Of a DNA stretch of 64,000 nt, positions 61,395 through 64,000 are shown in pieces. The DNA comes from an uncultured Verrucomicrobiae bacterium (GTDB taxonomy: Bacteria; Verrucomicrobiota; Verrucomicrobiia; Chthoniobacterales; JAFAMB01): positions 1,824,001-1,888,000 of the forward strand of contig CAWIPH010000002.1 of the NCBI GenBank assembly GCA_963837955.1, read 5' to 3'. The notes under the pieces were generated by a model. That model had not been told where the DNA came from, ran no database searches, and saw nothing but the letters and a program-made list of their open reading frames with translations. Position 1 is the first letter of the stretch. Every line of letters starts with the position of its first letter. Made by a program: the position numbers and the translations under genes.

Positions 61395-62087
61395 ATGAAT
61401 GAGAGCAGCGGGGGAGGTACCGCCTTCGGGATCTCAATCGGGCTCGCTTTTGTAGGTGGTTATGCTGATGCATCGAGTTATTTGCTTGCTCGCACATTCA
61501 CAGGACACCTTACGGGGAACTGTGTTCTTGCCGCCGTAAGTGCGGCTAGCAAAGATTGGTATCTAACTTTGGACCGGCTCTTGGCAGTGATTGTTTTTCT
61601 CGGGGGGATTCTCTTGAGTTCAATACTGAATCGCTTCGTCCCTGTCCGGCTACGGCAATCTTCGCTCGCGATCGCCATGTTCATAGAGGTTCTACTTTTC
61701 CTGAGTGCTTCTCTGTTCTTAAGCAACAGGGTGAACGAGGAGCTGTTCATTGTGTGCATGTGTCTTGCCCTCGGTATTCAAAACGGTGCGCTCCATAAGA
61801 CAAGCGGGATCACCGTCCACTCCACCTACATGACTGGGATGGTTACCACGCTGATGCAGAAAAGCTTCGACCGTTTTTCCGCAAAGCGGAGTCCTGAGGA
61901 AGATTCCTCAAGAGACTCGGCTCGGCTCACCATCCGAGTTCTGGCACCGATGTGGATAAGTTTTATTTTTGGTGCTGTTACGGGCGCCATGATTGTTTCA
62001 GCCGTCCACGGCATTGGTCTGTTGGGAATCGTGTTACCGCTAATCCTGTTAATATTCGTCGAAATGAAGACGAAATCTTCAGGCTAG
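61395..62087 (+). CDS. YoaK/DUF1275 family membrane protein
   Basis: LAFVGGYADA, FTGHLTGN, LGIQN, STYMTG. Confidence 0.88.
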   Translation: MNESSGGGTAFGISIGLAFVGGYADASSYLLARTFTGHLTGNCVLAAVSAASKDWYLTLDRLLAVIVFLGGILLSSILNRFVPVRLRQSSLAIAMFIEVLLFLSASLFLSNRVNEELFIVCMCLALGIQNGALHKTSGITVHSTYMTGMVTTLMQKSFDRFSAKRSPEEDSSRDSARLTIRVLAPMWISFIFGAVTGAMIVSAVHGIGLLGIVLPLILLIFVEMKTKSSG

Positions 62088-62423
62088 AATTCACATCTGT
62101 CGTAATTTGGGCGATGGGTTAACGTCATAATACATCCCCCCTTGACCGAGGCACTGGAAGCTGAATCGGCGTCGGTGCTCCTCGCAACGCTGTCGCTGGT
62201 AGTGACTGTGCCGATCATCATCGCCAACTTCAGCCCATCAAAATTTTCCCGATCTCGAACGTGGACAACGCGTTGACCCGGCGCTTGATGGGCCTATGAT
62301 CCTACTCCAGGCGTTATTGAGGTACGGCCCCGGTCGGTGCCGACGGTCTTCCCCCAGAGTGCCAAGGTTATAATGCCTGGGCGCAAACGCAGTTAATGCG
62401 AGCCAGCCAACCGAAAGCCTATC

Positions 62424-62594
62424 ATGATCGAGCTTTCAAGATACGTGTTTGAAACGCTGCGTGAGGACGAGGAATTCGCATTTTGCCGGGGCCGGAAGGA
62501 TGACAGCGAACTACCCACTATTCTTTTGGTAGCTCCTGTCTCGAAGCATCCCGTTCCAGCAATCTTAGAGCGGCTTAGATTGGGGGCCGAATGA
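62424..62594 (+). pseudogene. 56-aa N-terminal relic resembling kinase/AAA-ATPase/histidine-kinase hybrid proteins
   Basis: MIELSRYVFETLREDEEFAFCRGR...ILLVAP...ILERL then stop; ATGA overlap with the next gene. Confidence 0.45.
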
Positions 62595-64000
62595 ATCAGG
62601 CACGTATCGAAGCGCGGCAGGCCACGGTGCGGCGCGAAACCCAATTGTCGAAGCAACTCTCTACGATTCAACGCTATGGCCTTGCAGTGCTTTCCGTCTC
62701 CGTGGCGCTCGGCGGAGCGCTCCTCTTGGAGCGCTTCGGCTTCCGCAACGTGGAGGTCCCGCTGTTCCTGTTTGCCCTCGCCGTAGCCGCCTGGTATGGA
62801 GGGACTGGGGCTGCCATACTGGCGCTTCTACTCTCATGCATAAGCTTCGACTACTTCTTCGTAGAGCCTTTATACACGCTCGACGTCTCACGTTCTGATC
62901 TCCCTTACTTTATTGTCTTTGCCTCATTCGCATTGCTGGTTACCTGGTTCAGCGCCGTTCGACGCCGCGTCGAGGAAGAGCTTCGTCAAGCTCGCGACGA
63001 CCTCGAAATCCAAGTGGCGGAACGAACTCAGCAGGCCAGCCTGCTGAATCTCACCCACGACACCATTTTCGTCCGTGATATGAGCGACGTTATCACGTAC
63101 TGGAATCGGGGAGCTCAGGAGTTGTACGGCTGGACGGCGGAGGAAGCGATCGGCAAGTGTGCTCACGAGCTTTTGCAGTCGGTCTTTCCGGCGCCGATTG
63201 AGGAGATTCGCGCAGAGCTGCTGCGCTCCGGACGCTGGGACGGCGAACTTAACAAGACCAAGGCTGACGGAACCCAGGTCGTAGTAGCCAGCCGATGGTC
63301 GTTACGGCGAGACGAACTGGGGCGGCCCGCTGCGATCCTCGAAACGAACAATGACATCACCGAACGCGAACGGCGGGAGCAGGAAATTCGCGCTCTTAAC
63401 GAAGAACTTGGGAAACGAACCTCTGAGCTCGAGGTCATCAATAAGGAATTGGAGGCATTTGCTTACTCCATATCGCATGACCTCCGCGCGCCACTTCGCC
63501 ATATGGCCGGGTTCACGGAGCTCTTAAAAAAAAATGCGGCCTCAGTTCTAAATGAGAGAAGCCAACGATATGTGATGATGATCCTGGAATCGGCGCAACG
63601 AATGGGCAGCCTGATCGACGACCTTCTAGCCTTTTCCAGAATAGGCCGTGCCGAGACCCACAAGACGATGGTCAGCCTGGAACAGCTGGTGGAAGAAGCT
63701 TTGGCCGAAGTTCGGCAGGACGCCGAAGGGCGCAATATTGTTTGGAGGGTTGGTGGCTTGCCCGCCTGGTATGGAGACCGCTCGATGCTACGGCTCGTGC
63801 TTGTCAATCTGATTTCGAACGCCGTAAAATTCACCCGCACGCGCTCTCAGGCCGAGATCGAAATAGGATGCATGAACCAAGAACAAGATCAGGTAGTCGT
63901 GTTCGTTCGAGATAATGGAGTGGGATTTGATATGAAGTATTTAAGAAAGCTGTTCGGCGTATTCCAACGTCTTCACCCGCCCGAGGCGTTTGAAGGCACC
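62591..64000 (+). CDS. Sensor histidine kinase (DUF4118 TMs + PAS + HisKA + HATPase), runs off the window
   Basis: Not in the ORF track; manual translation gives QRYGLAVLSV..., PAS YWNRGAQELYGW..EEAIG, H-box FAYSISHDLRAPL, NLISNAVKF, DNGVGF, LFGVFQRLH. Confidence 0.92.
   Translation, partial: MNQARIEARQATVRRETQLSKQLSTIQRYGLAVLSVSVALGGALLLERFGFRNVEVPLFLFALAVAAWYGGTGAAILALLLSCISFDYFFVEPLYTLDVSRSDLPYFIVFASFALLVTWFSAVRRRVEEELRQARDDLEIQVAERTQQASLLNLTHDTIFVRDMSDVITYWNRGAQELYGWTAEEAIGKCAHELLQSVFPAPIEEIRAELLRSGRWDGELNKTKADGTQVVVASRWSLRRDELGRPAAILETNNDITERERREQEIRALNEELGKRTSELEVINKELEAFAYSISHDLRAPLRHMAGFTELLKKNAASVLNERSQRYVMMILESAQRMGSLIDDLLAFSRIGRAETHKTMVSLEQLVEEALAEVRQDAEGRNIVWRVGGLPAWYGDRSMLRLVLVNLISNAVKFTRTRSQAEIEIGCMNQEQDQVVVFVRDNGVGFDMKYLRKLFGVFQRLHPPEAFEGT

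Overview
64-kb bacterial chromosomal window. Gene families and intergenic repeat types resemble soil Verrucomicrobia (Chthoniobacterales-like); this taxonomy is an inference. Left to right: (1) an L-idonate-5-dehydrogenase-like gene; (2) a twice-frameshifted Cache-HAMP-(degenerate) class III cyclase gene coupled to an MscS/cNMP-domain channel; (3) a two-gene operon of very large, beta-rich proteins (988 and 1414 aa) with no recognisable family and no signal peptides, which is the best candidate for an undescribed system; (4) a flavoprotein disulfide reductase, a membrane-anchored TPR solenoid, an MDR oxidoreductase with a divergent GlxA-type AraC regulator, a phosphoesterase, tatA, a kinase-pseudokinase-FGE protein coupled to a DUF3365 heme-c protein, and tRNA-Arg(ACG); (5) an accessory stretch with tandem serine hydrolases, an NsrR module with duplicated operator/promoter blocks and a MarR module with three palindromic operators; (6) a complete nitrate assimilation cluster (LysR, NrtA/NasS-like, NarK-type MFS, NirA, CysJ-like diflavin reductase, 4Fe-4S/DmsC fusion, Mo nitrate reductase); (7) cydAB, YoaK and a DUF4118-PAS histidine kinase. 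Intergenic DNA carries several dispersed repeat families (GTAG-REP pairs, nested insertions, long palindromes, heptamer tandems) and several gene relics. No CRISPR array, integrase, transposase or reverse transcriptase was seen. All calls are by eye; no database searches were run.
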